A DNA stretch of 64,000 bases, taken from the NCBI RefSeq assembly GCF_009914755.1, contig NC_060929.1; one strand, 5' to 3'. Below the pieces are notes generated by a model, which was not told the origin of the DNA, ran no database searches, and was given only the letters and a program-made list of their open reading frames with translations. Of the stretch, positions 1 to 13,964 are shown in pieces; the first letter of the stretch is position 1, and the number at the start of each line of letters is the position of its first letter. Made by a program: the position numbers and the translations under genes. This DNA is from the human T2T-CHM13v2.0 reference genome, Homo sapiens.

Positions 1-154
1 AAAAAGTTAAGATATATTTGGAGATGAAATTCAAAGGACTTTCTTTAAAGAGATTAAGAGAGTAAGGAAATTAAGGAATAATAACATATGTATCTATGTA
101 TATATAACTATGTTGTTTACTGCACAGTCTTTAGCATAATGTGATTACTATTAA

Positions 155-500
155 TATAGATGTCTATCCACAGAAGAATAGTTAAATTTATTAGTATATA
201 GTCCAACTAGAGAATACTGCGCACTCTCTGAAAAGAACAAAATGTCCTACAGATAATGGCATAAACATAGCATATCTTCCATATTAGTTACTAGCTGATA
301 AAAGAAAAATAAAATGGACATAAAATATAATATTTATATACATGTGTATTTTAATTAAAGGACATCATTAGAAAATCTTAACAATGCTTTCTTTTGAGTA
401 TGGAACTGGATTAAGAAAAAAAGAGAAGGCTTTGAAATTTCTATTTACATTATTTCTTTATTTTGTCGGCATGTTAAATGATGTATACGTGTATTATGCT
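155..500 (+). mobile_element. Old L1M (L1ME/L1MC-type) 3' end fragment
   Basis: gatgtctatccacagaagaatagttaaatttattagtatatagtccaactagagaatactg resembles a degenerate L1 ORF2-end/3'UTR; boundaries approximate. Confidence 0.5.
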
Positions 501-1699
501 TGGAATAACAAACAGATGCTGCTTTTGTTATTTTTATAACATGATCATTTACCCAACTTTATGGTTTAACCCTAAAGAGTTCAATTCAGTATATTTCTTA
601 ATTCCATAAAATTATACCATGTGATTCATTTTACTTGATTTAACAAATAAAAATATAAATACATTGTAATTCATTTTTGGTAAACCATTTCACAAAAGTG
701 TGGGGAAATTAATTTGGGAATTACTCTCCTCATTGAAAAATATCTCATTTGCTAAAATAAGACAGTAAAACAGTACAGTTTAAATATTTATAAAAATAGG
801 AAAGTTTGGCAAAAAGAGAGGAGTACACACCTGTGACTACTGAGTTGCTGTGAAAATTTCATTTCCTGATACAAAATTGTCTAAAGCACTTGGCTTTTGT
901 TCAGTCACAATCCAAAGAACAAAACCAGCCAAGTTTTATATAACGAACATCTAGTTCCCTAGAGCCTTGTATCAGAAAACCTACACAACTTTTTGAATTT
1001 TCTAGTTAAATTTGCAATAAAGTTGTTAAATGTTTTTGGGTATATAGCCCTCAAATTCTTAATTTGCTTCATACATTGCATTGGGGTTAAAATTCATAGT
1101 GTCAAAATCAGCTCCTTTCTTACATGTGGTATAAAATTCTGTCTGATGTTTGTCTGTCTAGCTCCTATCCTATCTAACACCTATCTTACTTGACTAGATC
1201 CTTTATAGGTACCAATAATTACATTATATTTTTAAGGAAATTTTAAATTCACTGAAAAGAGCTGAAAGAAGGACAAAAGCAGAAAGGGAGAAATATATTA
1301 TTTTACATTGAGGACATATTTTGAAATGCTTTAATTAGTATGCAGCAGGAAGGTATAATAACAGCTGTAACTTCCTTGATTGGTGAAATGTCACTCCATA
1401 ATACAAGTTTATTTACTTTTCAATTATTAATTGAAGAGTCTTATCATTATTTCATCCTATTACTGATGAAACCAATTACTAAACCTATTACTAAAACCAA
1501 TACTAATCTAACATCAAACTGATGGTGAATTCTATAACCTTATTTGTGGTTCCAAATCTTCACCTTTTAAAATTTTATTTTGCATCGTGGCCACTTCCTT
1601 TCTCCTTATACCCAGGACAGTCATGGAAATTATTTCATTTCTAGGCCTATGATAGGAAACATAAATTTTATTAAACAAGAATGTCCAAAAGTACTTAGA

Positions 1700-1822
1700 A
1701 AGTTTCATGTTATTGATCTCAGTGATGATTACATGGTTGTTATCATGTTGTGAAAAATTTCTGCTGCAATATATTTATGATTTAAGCTTTATTTTTCATA
1801 TGTGTTGTGTATCAATAAAATC
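1700..1822 (+). mobile_element. Old L1M 3' terminal fragment
   Basis: ttgatctcagtgatgattacatgg...tgtatcaataaaa matches the L1ME/MC terminal motif. Confidence 0.5.
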
Positions 1823-3019
1823 TTTACAGAACGTTATCATCCAATTAAACACCTTATGAAATTAGAAAATCACACAAGACTGATGGATTAAGATTTAAGG
1901 GTGAAAATCACAGGAAGGCTTGATGATTTGAAGCTTTCTTTTCCCTATTGTATTTGTTATCTGAGACACTGAGAATTGAGACTTAGCCAAGGCAGTTGGT
2001 CTATGCTGGAATAGAAGAATGAGCAGAGTATATGGCTTTCTGTCTTCCAAAAATTCACTAATATTTTTCTCTAGATAGGAAACCATTTTATCTTTACAAC
2101 TTTCTTGTGAATTTATTATCTTGATATATCATTCTTGATATTTCAATGATGTTTCTAGATCATTGTAATTGCTGCATATCTACTAAGTTTTCTATTTCTT
2201 TAGGTTCATTTGTATCTTATTCTTGAAAATTTTCTATTAGAATTGTGTATTTTACTCCTTAGAGTGTTTTCTCTTAAACTTAAAAAAGGTGTTCTTTAGT
2301 TCTTTAGCTTATCTTTCAGGGCCTTTTCATTTTACCCACTTACCAATTTCTATGCTTATTTTTCTTGTTGGTTATTATATTAATACAATTTAATTCCACA
2401 AATTAGACACTAATATTTTATCATTTGTAACAAACAATACTTTTCCACCATAAAATCACAGTTTTTCTTATGATTCATAGTCTGTCTAATAAATGGCATA
2501 ATGTGAAGACAAACATTCCCCTAAGTCCTTTTGGGTCCTTAAAATAATTTATATAAATGTCATATCGTTATAGAAAATATGACATCAGATTTTTTCAAAG
2601 TCTTTAAATATCTTCTTATATGTTACTTTTCTCATTTTTATACTTGATTCTACATGAGTTATTGGAAATTACCAAATATCTTGTGTACTGCAAGTTCATC
2701 ATCTAGGATTGAAACAAATGTTGGGGCTTATAGATATACTGTTTACAAGAGTGTGTGTGTTTGCATGTGTGCACGCTTGTATGTGAGTGTGTGTTTAAGC
2801 CTCATTTTCATCGGCAATTATAGAAACATTTTTCAGTGAGAGGCTTAAGGTGTTTTTCTGCATTTAATCCACAGAAATGTTTTTCTTCTTACTTGGTAAC
2901 TTATAGAATTGCTAGTATTTCTGTCTAAGGGGAGGATGGAAAATAAACATAGAATCATCAGTGTGTTCTACATGATTGTACTGCTGGTATGTCTACCTTA
3001 TAAAAATGAGAGACAAATT

Positions 3020-3560
3020 TAGCTTCTGGCTCTGAGTGTGCGTAGAGTTCAGAATAACATTTCTATTAAAATATCTTCAAAATTGAACAAAATATTGGAA
3101 ACATTTTTCTTATATCAGACAATAGGCAGTGTAGGGCTACGATTCTTAAGAGACAGGAAGCTAACAAAGTAAGCTCAACATTTTCCCCAGACATTTTGGC
3201 CAAGGACAGTTCTACACAGTAGCTAAAGGAGGAGGGACTGGAATAAAAACCAGCAATCTTGCTGAGTGGAGCAGACAGAACACAAAGTTAAGGGAAAAGA
3301 AGAAAATGCGGAGAAGAAGTGTTCCAAAAATCTTCGTAAGTTTGGCCTTGAGCCTTTGGCATGCATAGAGTGAAATTCTACAAGGGAAGACTAAGAAAAT
3401 GTTCCTGGAAAATAATTATGAGGGAGTTATAATTCAGACAATTCCCAGAGCTCATGGATGGCAACAAACCTTTGCGCCCTCACTAGCTGGAGAATAGAAG
3501 GTGGACTAAATACAAGCAATATTGAGTAGAGACCACTATGCTTGAAAAAATAAATTAATA
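3020..3560 (+). mobile_element. Old L1M 5'-region fragment
   Basis: gacaataggcagtgtagggctacgattcttaagagacagg motif; a related motif recurs near 6700. Confidence 0.4.
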
Positions 3561-3825
3561 TAAAATAAAATATTATCTCTTAAAAAATAAGACATTTAAA
3601 ATTTATTGTCTTTCCTATGGCCTTTGCCAGTTTTTGAAATTAACGTGCCAGCTTTCATAAAGTTGGAGAAATATTTGTTTATTATTGAGAACATTTTTCC
3701 AAAAATAATTTTTATTTCTGGAATTTTTAAATTATTCATACACAAAATTTTCTGCAACTGTACATTTTAAAGCCATATTTTTTTCTTCAACTTTTATTTT
3801 AAACAAATTTACTTTTAAAATTCTT

Positions 3826-3968
3826 GGCTGGCCATGGTGGCTCACGAATGTAATCTCAGCACTTTGAAATGCCAAGGTGGGAGTATTGCTTGAACTTAGG
3901 AGTTCATAACCAGCCTGGGCAACAGAATGAGACCTCATCTCTTACAAAAATTAAAAAATAAAATAAAA
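3826..3968 (+). mobile_element. Alu monomer (FLAM/AluJ left arm)
   Basis: ggctggccatggtggctcac...cagcctgggcaacagaatgagacc, A-rich tail, flanked by aaaattct direct repeats. Confidence 0.9.
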
Positions 3969-4303
3969 TTCTAGTATGTGGCTTCAATATGTTCACTCTA
4001 ATTACATTAAGTAAAAGATGAGAATATGCCCACATTTATGCTTTCTTCTTTAAAAGTTTCCCTTTCTAAATAACCACACAAGAGATCATTTTCCCCACAT
4101 GTTAACATGCTCTAAGATATAAGTCTAAACTGTTATAGTCTAAATTGCATTTGTATAATCTCTCTCTGAAAATATTGACTGATTTCTGCTTTAAAATTAT
4201 TATCATAATTATCATGTCATGTATTATCACCAAATTCATTTGATGGTATCACCAAATTCATTTGGTGATAATCATTCTTTTTAAATAGTTAAACCATTCT
4301 TTT

Positions 4304-4794
4304 AGTCGTAATTCAAAAAAGATACTTGCACACACATGTTTATAGCAGCACAATTCACAATAGCAAAATCGTGGAACCAACTCCAATGCCCATTGATCAA
4401 CAAGTGGATAAAAAAACTGTGATATATATATATGATGGAATACTACTCAGCCATAAAAAGGTATGAACTAACAGCATTTACAATGACCTGGATGAGATTA
4501 GAGACTATTATTCTAAGTGAAATAACTCAGTAATGGAAAAGCAAACATTGTATGTTCTCTCTAACATATGAGACTTAAGCTATGAGGACCCAAAGGCATA
4601 AGAATGATACAATATACTTTGGGGAAGAGTGGGAGGGGGGGCGAGGCATAAAAGTCAACAAGTATGGTTCAGTGTATACCGGTCAGGTGATGGGTGCACC
4701 AGGATCTCACAGATCTCCACTAAAGAAGTTACTCATGTAACCAAATATCACCTGTATACCAATAACTTAAGGAAAAATAAAATTTTAAAAAGAA
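4304..4794 (+). mobile_element. L1PB1-like 3' end (5'-truncated L1)
   Basis: aaaaaagatacttgcacacacatgtttatagcagcac...gatgggtgcacc...aataacttaaggaaaaataaa matches the L1PB 3'UTR. Confidence 0.88.
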
Positions 4795-5339
4795 TTTTAT
4801 ATACCAAGTAAACCCAGGAAAAAAAGGTAATAGTACTTTTTTTTTTTGGGCAGAAAAAAAACCCGAAAACACTCTTTTAAAATAACTAAACCATTCTTCT
4901 TAAATAGTTGTTACATTGTGAGAAAGAGGTGATGAATAATTATAGCATATCTCATTCTGTGCACATTTGCAAAGCTGTTGCTTTTGATCCTAAGGATGAT
5001 ACCTTACTTTTATCTTTAGTTTTTTTTCTGATTCTGCTGAGATGTGTGCATTTGTTCTTTTTCATGTTAATTTGAGAAAAGTTTTAATTCCCCGTAGTGA
5101 GGGTGAAATTATAACAAACACTCATGTATATTCTAACTAGAATTAAAAATAACATTAAAATTTAACATGTTTAACTAAATCTGCTTTAATAAAAATTACA
5201 AATTTTACAGACACAGTCAAAATAGTTTTAAAAATTCTTCCCACATTCTGTTCCACTCCCTTTCACACTCTCCCAAGCATCACTATTCTTAACTTAGGCT
5301 GTTTATTTCTAAATGTTGTTAATATTAAATTCTATTCCT

Positions 5340-6540
5340 TATATATTCATTAATAATAGATACGTATATCTTATATACAAGTGTTTTTATTAAATTTACA
5401 TTGAACCTGTGGTATTTAAAGTATAATCTGGTGACTTGTTTCTTGATCAACACTTGACATTGAAAATCTATCCATATAAAATTGCCAGTTCATTAATTTC
5501 AACTGTTGTATGACATTAATGATAATGCGATTTATTCATTCATTCTCCTAGGGATGGCTATTTTTGTTACTTCTGAATTCTACTACAAAAGAGTGCTGCA
5601 ATAAAAATCTTTGAACAAGTTCTAATGCCGTTCAACTGGAATTGAAGTTTTCAATCGTTGGATATGTCAAAATTTAATCAGATTGTATATTGCTCAATTA
5701 CTTTCAAATTATGTACACCAAGTCATTCTTGCTCTGGCAAAATAAGAATATTTTCATTAATATATCATTCAACTTGAAATTGCCCAGCTTTTCCTTCTCA
5801 TTTCCCCCCAGTCAAATGAGTTGAATTAATACTGTCTAAAAATATATATTCATTTGCTTACCTGTTAGTATTTGTTCCATGTATTAAGAAGCTTTGCTAG
5901 TATATGAAAATATATGTATTACCATGTCTTGTGAATTAGTACTTTTATCATTTTGAAATGTTTGTTTTCATTTCTGCTGACCGTTCTAACCTGGGTATCT
6001 ATTTTGACTGGTTTTTAATGTAACTACTAACATCTTTTTATGTTCAGCACTTTTTCACAATTTTACTTTCAATGTCTTTATTTTTAAAATGTATCTTCTG
6101 TAGACAGTGTACAGGTGGTCTTGTTTTATTGTAAATCAAGTGACAATCTCTATTTCATAATTGACATATTTAATCCATATATATTTAATTTAATTGTTGT
6201 TATTTTGAGACTTAATATCCAGTTTTACTATTTTGGCCCATTTATTTTTGGTTTATTTTAGATGTCTTGCCTTATCTTAGATTGATTGATATTTTTAGTA
6301 TTTAATTACATTTCTTTTATAAATGTAATTTCTTGAATATTTGTTTTTATTTTAGCAATTGCTCTGGGAATATAAAAATCATCTTTAAAATCTATTTAGA
6401 GTTAATGGTACTACTTTATGCAGTAGGTAAAAACATTTCACTAGCACAATTTCATTTGCAGGCACCTAACCTTCTGTGATAGTATTGTCTTATATTGTTA
6501 TATTTATGAGATACAATCACTACAGTAAAATACTATTTTC
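5340..6540 (-). mobile_element. Degraded old L1M fragments
   Basis: T-rich, with antisense L1 motifs such as tgtatcttctgtagacagtg...tgacaatctc; boundaries approximate. Confidence 0.45.
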
Positions 6541-6589
6541 TATTCATTGTGCCATCTTATAAATAAACAGATGAATAAACAGATATTTT

Positions 6590-8420
6590 TGAACAACCTT
6601 TGCTTGCCAAGATAAAGTAACGGGCCAGAATTTCCTTTCCAATAGAAATCAAAAAACAAAAGTTTGAATAACATAAATGTCAACGTTTTCAACATCCACA
6701 AGACACCAGGCATAGAGGGGCAGTGATTCCTGATAGATGGAGAACAAGCAAGATGAATCTGAAAGGGCTTCTTCAACTTATTGCCTTTCAGCAAGTTTCT
6801 AGACCGCAGCATTGGGAAGAGAACTTAGAGAGAGCCCTGAAGACTCCTGGGTTGAAGAGATGGAGCTAAGATTCCAGGAAGACCATGGCAACTAGATCTA
6901 GTATAGAGTATCCATAACTTTTGGGATATACTGTCTCCCCTCCCATGGGCATTTGAAAGATTACTGATTGATATATTCATGTGATAAAAGCACCTGGAAG
7001 AATTAAAGGTAACAAAAGCACCTGGAAGAATTAAAGGTAACAACACCCAGGGCTATACAGGATATGGAATACTTCTTGTTTCCAATATCAAGTCTAGAAA
7101 ACCTCTTTAATTATGTACCGTTGGTAGAATATTTAGAAGATTCCGATTGCAGTTGTGAGCAACAAGTAAGCCTTAGACGAAGCACAGATCAAATCACACC
7201 TAAAAATTTTAAAAGCAGGATGAACAGTGATCAAGTAACTTAACTTCATGCCAGAGAAAAGCAAAAGTATCTATCATTTATCTATATCTATCTATCTAAT
7301 GTATATATCTACACACACACGTATATATGCACACAAACATATTTATTACTCAACAAGATAAAATTCACCACCTGTGACAAGCAATCAAACTTTACAAGGC
7401 AGGCAAAGAAGCTGGAAAATATGATCCATGCCAATGAATCAATAACAATCTGTTGAAACAGTCCTTCAAATGACACAGATGTGAGAAGTGGAAAACAAAG
7501 AATTTAAAAGTTATTATAATTCATTTTTTATGTCCTCAAATTAAAGAGTCATTTTCATTAGAAATAAACAAGAATAAAACTAGGAAAAAATTACAATATT
7601 TGAAATAAATAAACTGCATAGGGCAAATGCAGATTCAACATTGCAAAAAAAAAAGATTAATGAATATGAACACATAGCAGAAGACAAGGGGAAACAATAC
7701 AAAACAAAAAAGTAGAGAATCAGGGGAAAACATTATTAAATATAATGAAAAATAATTGGCATATCCAAAGGGAGAATAAGAAAAAACAATTGGAGAAATG
7801 ACAACTGAAAATTTCCCCGATTTGAAGAATATTGTAAATGCTTAGATCCAAGCAGTTTAATGAACCGTAAGCACAGAAGGAGGAGGAAGAGGAGGAGGAG
7901 GACAGTGAAAAGGACAGGGTGACAATTACACCAAGAGGGATGATATAATTTTTCAAATCCAGTGATAAAAAAATCTTAAAGAAAATTGATGATGGAAGAC
8001 ACATTTGTAAGATACTGTGAAATAAAAAAAGAATGTTAGCAGATTATGCATCAAAAGCAATGGAAGTGAGAAGAAGGTAGAGCAACACTTTCAACTCATA
8101 GAAAAAAGGGAAAGAAAAAGTCTATTTTAGATATCTGTATCCAGGAAATATTATATTTTAAAATAAGAATTAAAAAAAGGATTTGTTCAGATTTACAAAA
8201 CTTTGTTCTGACGACAACAAAAAGGATTCACCACCCGCAGACCCACAGTGTGGGAAATGTCAACGGAAGCTCTTCAGGTGGAAGGCAAATGATATAAGAT
8301 TAATTCAGATTTCCATAAAGAAATGAAGAGCACAGGAAAAGAGAACAGTGTAGATACATGCATAAGAATGTTTTCCAAACATTTAAATATCTTTATGACT
8401 TAACTTACTTTTTAAGCAAA
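6590..8420 (+). mobile_element. Old L1M 5'UTR/ORF1 remnant
   Basis: A-rich; cagattatgcatcaaaagcaatggaagtgagaag...gatatctgtatccagg corresponds to decayed ORF1 C-terminal motifs (DFS..TMEARR / RILYP). Confidence 0.6.
6986..7041. repeat. 28-bp perfect tandem duplication
   Basis: aaaagcacctggaagaattaaaggtaac x2. Confidence 0.9.
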
Positions 8421-8819
8421 AGTAATATTATCGATTAACTATACTCATTATAGCCTTAGAAAAACAAGACCTACAAATGTAAACATAGACATACACAACT
8501 TAGTACAGTAACTGTTTGTAAAGAGATACCTCACTTTGCAAATACGTACTAAAAATTCCTTTAAATAAATTATTTTATTTTATTATTACCTTTAATACTT
8601 TTCTACAAATAAGAATACTTAAAGATTAGAATCTCAAAATAATAATCTCTCTTGCTGTCAGTAATAAGCAACATATGTAATCTCCTAAATTATCCTTAAA
8701 GTCAAAGTGGAAAATATAGTTTTTGTAAATTTTTGCTAAACACTAGACTATTCAGTAATTTAACTCATTTACCAAAATATTATGTTTATAGTTATCTTTG
8801 ATTTTACTATAGAGTATTT

Positions 8820-9603
8820 ATTTTTTTAAAATTTTATTTTAGGTTCAGGGCAATATGTGCAGGTGTGTTATATAGGTAAACTCGTGCATGGGGGTTTGTT
8901 CTACAGATTATTTTGTCACCCTCGTACTAAGCCTAGTACCCAATAGTTAATTTTTTGGATCCCCTCTCTCCTCCCACACTCTAGCCTCAAGCACGCCCCA
9001 TTGTCTGTTATTCCCCTCTTTGTGGCCATCTGTTATTATTGAGCTCCCACTTGTAAGTGAGAACATGCAGTATTTGGTTTTCTGTTCCTGAGTTAGTTTG
9101 CTAAGAATAATGGTCTCCAGCTCTATCCATGTTGCTGCAAAGGACATGGTCTTGTTCCTTTTTATGACTGCATAGTATTCCATGGTATATATGTACCACA
9201 TTTTATTTATCCAGTGTACCATTGATGGGCATTTAGGTTGATTTCATATCTTTGCTATTGTTAATATTGCTGCTGATCATTAGAGAAATGCAAATGAAAA
9301 CCACAATGAGATACCATCTCACATCAGTTAGAATGGCTATTATTAAAAAGTCGAAAAACAACAGATGCTGGTGAGGCTGCAGAGAAAAGGGAACACTTAT
9401 ATCCTGTTGGTTGGAATGCAAATTAAATCAACTATTGTGGAAAGTAGTGTGACTGTTCCTCAAATAAGCATTCTTATTTGTAGAAAAGATCTAGAAGCAG
9501 AAATAGCATTTGACCCAATAATCCCATTACTGAGTATATAACCAAAGGAATATAAATCATTTTGTCATAAAGATACATGCATGTGTATGTTCATTGCAAC
9601 ACT
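8820..9603 (-). mobile_element. L1PA (older, about PA13-16) 3' end with 5' inversion (twin priming)
   Basis: 8820-9273 is the antisense 3'UTR/ORF2 end (ORF 8947..9222 WINKMWYIYTMEYY); 9273-9603 is the upstream ORF2 segment in the opposite orientation. Confidence 0.9.
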
Positions 9604-11286
9604 GTAAGGCATTTTAATTTTCATTCTGACTTGTCTCTTGATCTCCTCTATATTAAGTCATTTTTTCCTTCACTAATTAAAAATTTCATAAGTCAACTGT
9701 GTTAACAGTGATTTACAGTTTTTTTCTTTGAGGCACACATTGCCCATATTTCTCACACTTATTCTTTTCTCAACACTATCACTAATATTATTTTTCCTAA
9801 AATGAATTTTTTTACATCACTTTTCCCCATCAAAGGTTTTTTGGAGTCTTTTTCTAAGAAAGTATTATAATCTGGTCCCAACTCAATGAGTTGTCATACA
9901 AAGTGCATTGAGCGAATCTAACCACAATAGGTGCTTAATACATCCACTTAAACAACTTTATTCCCTGCCACTCCACCTCATATGTCATTTATTCCAAACA
10001 TGGTGAGCTCTTCATAATTATCCGAGTATAACTCAAGGTCATCCCTTCTAACAGTTTCATGCTTTTTCACCTATTATTTTCTGTCTTCACTCCTACTTTG
10101 ATCTTTTCAATAGCATCAGAAGAAGTGCTCATGGCCTTCCTAATTAGGCATAGTTATCACCATCTCTCGACTCCCTAGTCCTTTGCTTGAACAAAACCAA
10201 AACTGTGGTTTATTGGACCTTGCTAGTTGCATTTTCAACCCTAAAATCATTGTACATGCTTAGGAATAAGTCATTTCTGAAATTATGGCATGAGAATAAC
10301 AAAGAATGTTATTTACGGAACTCAGTAGATCCTGGTTAGCCTTTAGAAGTGATCCCAGTGGGCTCCTTTATAAAATATATTTTTATCCATTAAATATTGA
10401 CATCCCTACATCTGGCATTGCAAACTACACAACTGCAAGAGAAATATGGTCCTGTCAGTGAAAACAAAAAATGACTTTAAGATGTAATTTTGATAGGTTT
10501 TGGTACACGAAGGTGTCATGTGGCAGGCATTTAGAAAGTCTTTTCATTGATATTTTACTAAAAATTTGAATAGCTTATAAACGACTTTAGATAGTGTTTT
10601 TCCTAAGACATTTTTTAGAGCATGTTTTAGAAAGAGCGGATGGATAATCCTCCAACCCAGGTGACGCACAAGGGCCCAGGAGATCACAAGAGTTACAGGA
10701 AAACAGGATGTGAAGAGATGCCTCAGGTGTGTTTGAATTGTAAACACTTCAGCATTATTTAGGAGCACTCTAATCCACCCTTCTCAGAGAATTGCTGACA
10801 CACTTCAGGTTAACCCTAAATCCTATTTTTAGCTTATTGAGAAATGTAACTTCCAGATGTGCTTTTGGTTATGCCAAAATTTTGCAGTGAACATATTTTC
10901 AGGCGGTAAAATTGCAGAAACGTGACTAACATTTTAAATGTCAAACAAAGTTCTGTCATGAGTGCATTGATTTTTTAAAAGTCTCATAGTACTAAAAGTC
11001 TTATATCAAAACCAAGTCCCTTTTGAAACCCATATTCTCAGGCCACACTCTGTTCCCCAGTTAGTGACTTTCACTGCTTTATTTTTACCTGTATATTTTA
11101 AACAATATGTTTATAATTTAATTCCTTATGGTACCCACTTTAGACGATATGCATTTATTTATTGGCCTTTAGTGGTTGAAGGATCCATCTTGTTTACACA
11201 GCCATTTCTCACCTTTACTTTCCTCATCCATCTAAAATTCAGCCCTATCACAATATTTGGTTTCACGTTATTATTGCATGCATAAT

Positions 11287-12064
11287 TGTTACCGGGGGTC
11301 CTTGCTCCCAGAGATCCCAAGATGGCAGCGGGCCGCTTCCAAAATGGTGGCAGGCCGCTTCCAAGTGGTGGCAAGCCTCGTATACTCTGACCTGGGGTTC
11401 TTGGCCTCACGGATTCCAAGGAATGGAATCTTGGGCCATGCAGTGAGTGTTATAGCTCTATTAGAAGCTGTGGGTCATGGAAGAGAACCGTGGAACCCAG
11501 TGACTAGTGTTCAGCTCGATTAGGACGAACCCAGGCACTTAGCCGTGCAGGAACAATGGCAAGCCTTTAGCCCGATCAGGAGCGGCAATTGGCGCCTTGC
11601 TGGATCATGAGCACAGTGGACACCCTGGTGGATCCGGAGGGATGGAACTCAGCAGCGGGTCTGCGACGGCGGAAAACAGCAGTGGTGGACAGCCAGCAAA
11701 ACTCAGCTTGAGCTGTAACAAGCACAGACCAGAAGAGAGCGCAGTTGCAAGATTTAATAGAGTGAAAAAAGAGCTCCCATACAAAGGGAGGGAACCCAAA
11801 GAGGGTAGCCGTTGCTGGCTCCAATGCCTGGGTTTATATCCCGATCATTGTCCCTCCTGCTGTGCTCTCAGGCAATAAATGATTGGCTATTTCTTTACCT
11901 CCTGTTTTTGCCTAATTAGCTTTTTAGTGAGCTCTCTTTACTACCTAATTGGTTGGGTGTGAGCTAAGTTGCAAGCCCGTGTTTAAAGGTAGATGCGGTC
12001 ACCTTCCCAGCTAGGCTTAGGGCTTCTTAGTCGGCCTAGAAAATCCACCTAGTCCTGTCTCTCA
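11287..12064 (-). mobile_element. HERV-W (HERV17) solo LTR17
   Basis: Reverse complement begins TGAGAGACAGGACTAGGTGGATTTTCTAGGCCGACTAAG and ends ...GGTAACA; 778 bp; ATTAAA poly(A) signal at about 11753-11758; flanks taat/ttat. Confidence 0.93.
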
Positions 12065-12639
12065 TTATCATGTTCTGTTTGACCATGTGGTCTGCTATGA
12101 TTGTTCCTTTATTTTACAACTTATATTTTTTACTTAAATTAATAATAACTTTGATTTTTGATGTTTCTTTTGTTAGTTTAACATTTATCTGCTGCTAAAA
12201 TACTTTGCAAGAATTGATAACCACTTAGAAATTACTGTCCAAATGAAACAGCTCCGTTGTTTGGGGTATATTCACTCGTTCTTGGTTTGGGTAGAGAAAG
12301 AATTCAGGACATGGACACACATGAGGATTTAGGAGCAGACGAGGAGTGGATTTAGGAGTGGAAAGTTTAATGGAAAATAATAGGAGAGAGAGAAAAAGCT
12401 TCCCTGTGCTGAGAAAGAGGGTTGCCCAAAAGAGGGCCTCCAGTTTGCAGAGGAAGGCAGACTGTTTTGTATAGAGACTAGAGGAGGAGGTAATTGGTTT
12501 ACATAGGGTCCAGGGGATTGGTTTGACCCAGTGTTCCATCTACATAGCAAGCGAAAAGATTGGCCCTCTAACCCTAATCTTTTATTATGCAAATGTGGCC
12601 TCCATTCAGCCGCGGCCCTGATGCCTGTATATGTGGTTT

Positions 12640-13964
12640 TGAGAGCTGACAACATGCTAGCAGCCCTCGCTCGCTCTTGGTGCCTCCTCGGCCTCGGCGT
12701 CCACTCTGGCTGCGCTTGAGAAGCCCTTCAGCCCACCGCTGCACTGTGGGAGCCTTCTCTGGGCTGGCTGAGGCTGGAGCCGGCTCCCTCTGCTTGCAGG
12801 GAGGTGTGGAGGGAGAGGTGCGGGCGGGAACCGGGGGTGTGTGCGGTGCTCATGGTCCAGTGTGAGTTCCCAGTGGGCCCAGGCTTGGCAGGCCCTGCAC
12901 TTGGAGTGGGCAGCCAGCGCCGCCAGCCCTGGGCAGTGAGGGGCTTAGCACCCAGGCCAGCAGCTGCAGAAGGTGCACCGGGTCCCCCAGCACTGCTGGC
13001 CTGCCCATGCCATGCTCGAATTCTCGCTGGGCCTCAGTTGCATCCCCGTGTGGCAGGGCTCAGGACCTGCAGCCCGCCATGCCCAAGCCCCCCACTGTGG
13101 TGGGCTCCTGCGTGGCCTGAGCCTCCCTGATGGGCGCCGCCCCCTGCTCCGTGGCACCCGGTCCCATCTACCACCCAAGAGCTGAGGAGTGCAGGTGCGT
13201 GGTGTGGGACTGGCGGGCCGCTCTGCCCACAGCCCTGGCACAGGATCCACTAGGCGAAGCCAGCTGGCGTCCTGAGTTGGGTGGGGACTTGGAGAACTTT
13301 TATGTCTAGGTAGAGGATTGTAAATGCACCAATCAGCACTCTGTGTCTAGCTCAAGGTTTGTAAATGCACCAATCAGTGCTCTGTGTCTAGCTAATCTAG
13401 TGGGGACTTGGAGAACTTTTGTGTCTAGCTAAAGGATTGTAAATGCACCAATCAGCACTCTGTGTCTAGCTCAAGGTTTGTAAATGCACCAATCAGCACC
13501 CTGTCAAAACGGACCAATCAGCTCTTGGTAAAATGGACCAATCAGCTCTCTGTAAAATGGACCAATTAGATCTCTGTAAAATGGGCCAATCAGCAGGATG
13601 TGGGTGGAGTCAGATAAGGGAATAAAAGCAGGCTGCCAGCTCCAGCAGCGGCAACCTGCTCGGGTCCTCTTGTACTGTGTAGAAACCTTGTTCTTTCGGT
13701 CTTTTGCAATAAATCTTGCGGCTGCTCACTCTTTGGGTCCGCACTGCGTTTGTGAGCTGTAACATTTACCGCGAAGGTCTGCAGCTTCACTCCTGAAGCC
13801 AGTGAGATCACGGACCCACCAGAAGGAAGAAACTCCAAACGCGGCCGAACATCAGAAGGAACAAACTCTGGACACACCATCTTTAAGAACTGTAACACTC
13901 ACCGCACGTGTCCGCGGCTTCATTCTTGAAGTCAGTGAGACCAAGAACCCACCAATTCCGGACA
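12640..13964 (+). mobile_element. ERV9 solo LTR12 (C/D/E type)
   Basis: tgagagctgacaacatgctagcagccctcgctcgctc...ccaagaacccaccaattccggaca; GC-rich U3; perfect GTTT target-site duplication (12636-12639 / 13965-13968). Confidence 0.95.
13321..13645 (+). promoter_or_regulatory. LTR12 U3 enhancer/promoter: 8 CCAAT (NF-Y) boxes plus GATA/AATAAAA core
   Basis: Eight ccaat motifs counted between 13329 and 13590, then cagataagggaataaaagcaggctg. Confidence 0.75.

Noticed and set aside
12640-13300. GC/CpG-rich region with several overlapping ORFs, resembling a gene promoter
   Set aside because: Fully explained by the LTR12 U3.
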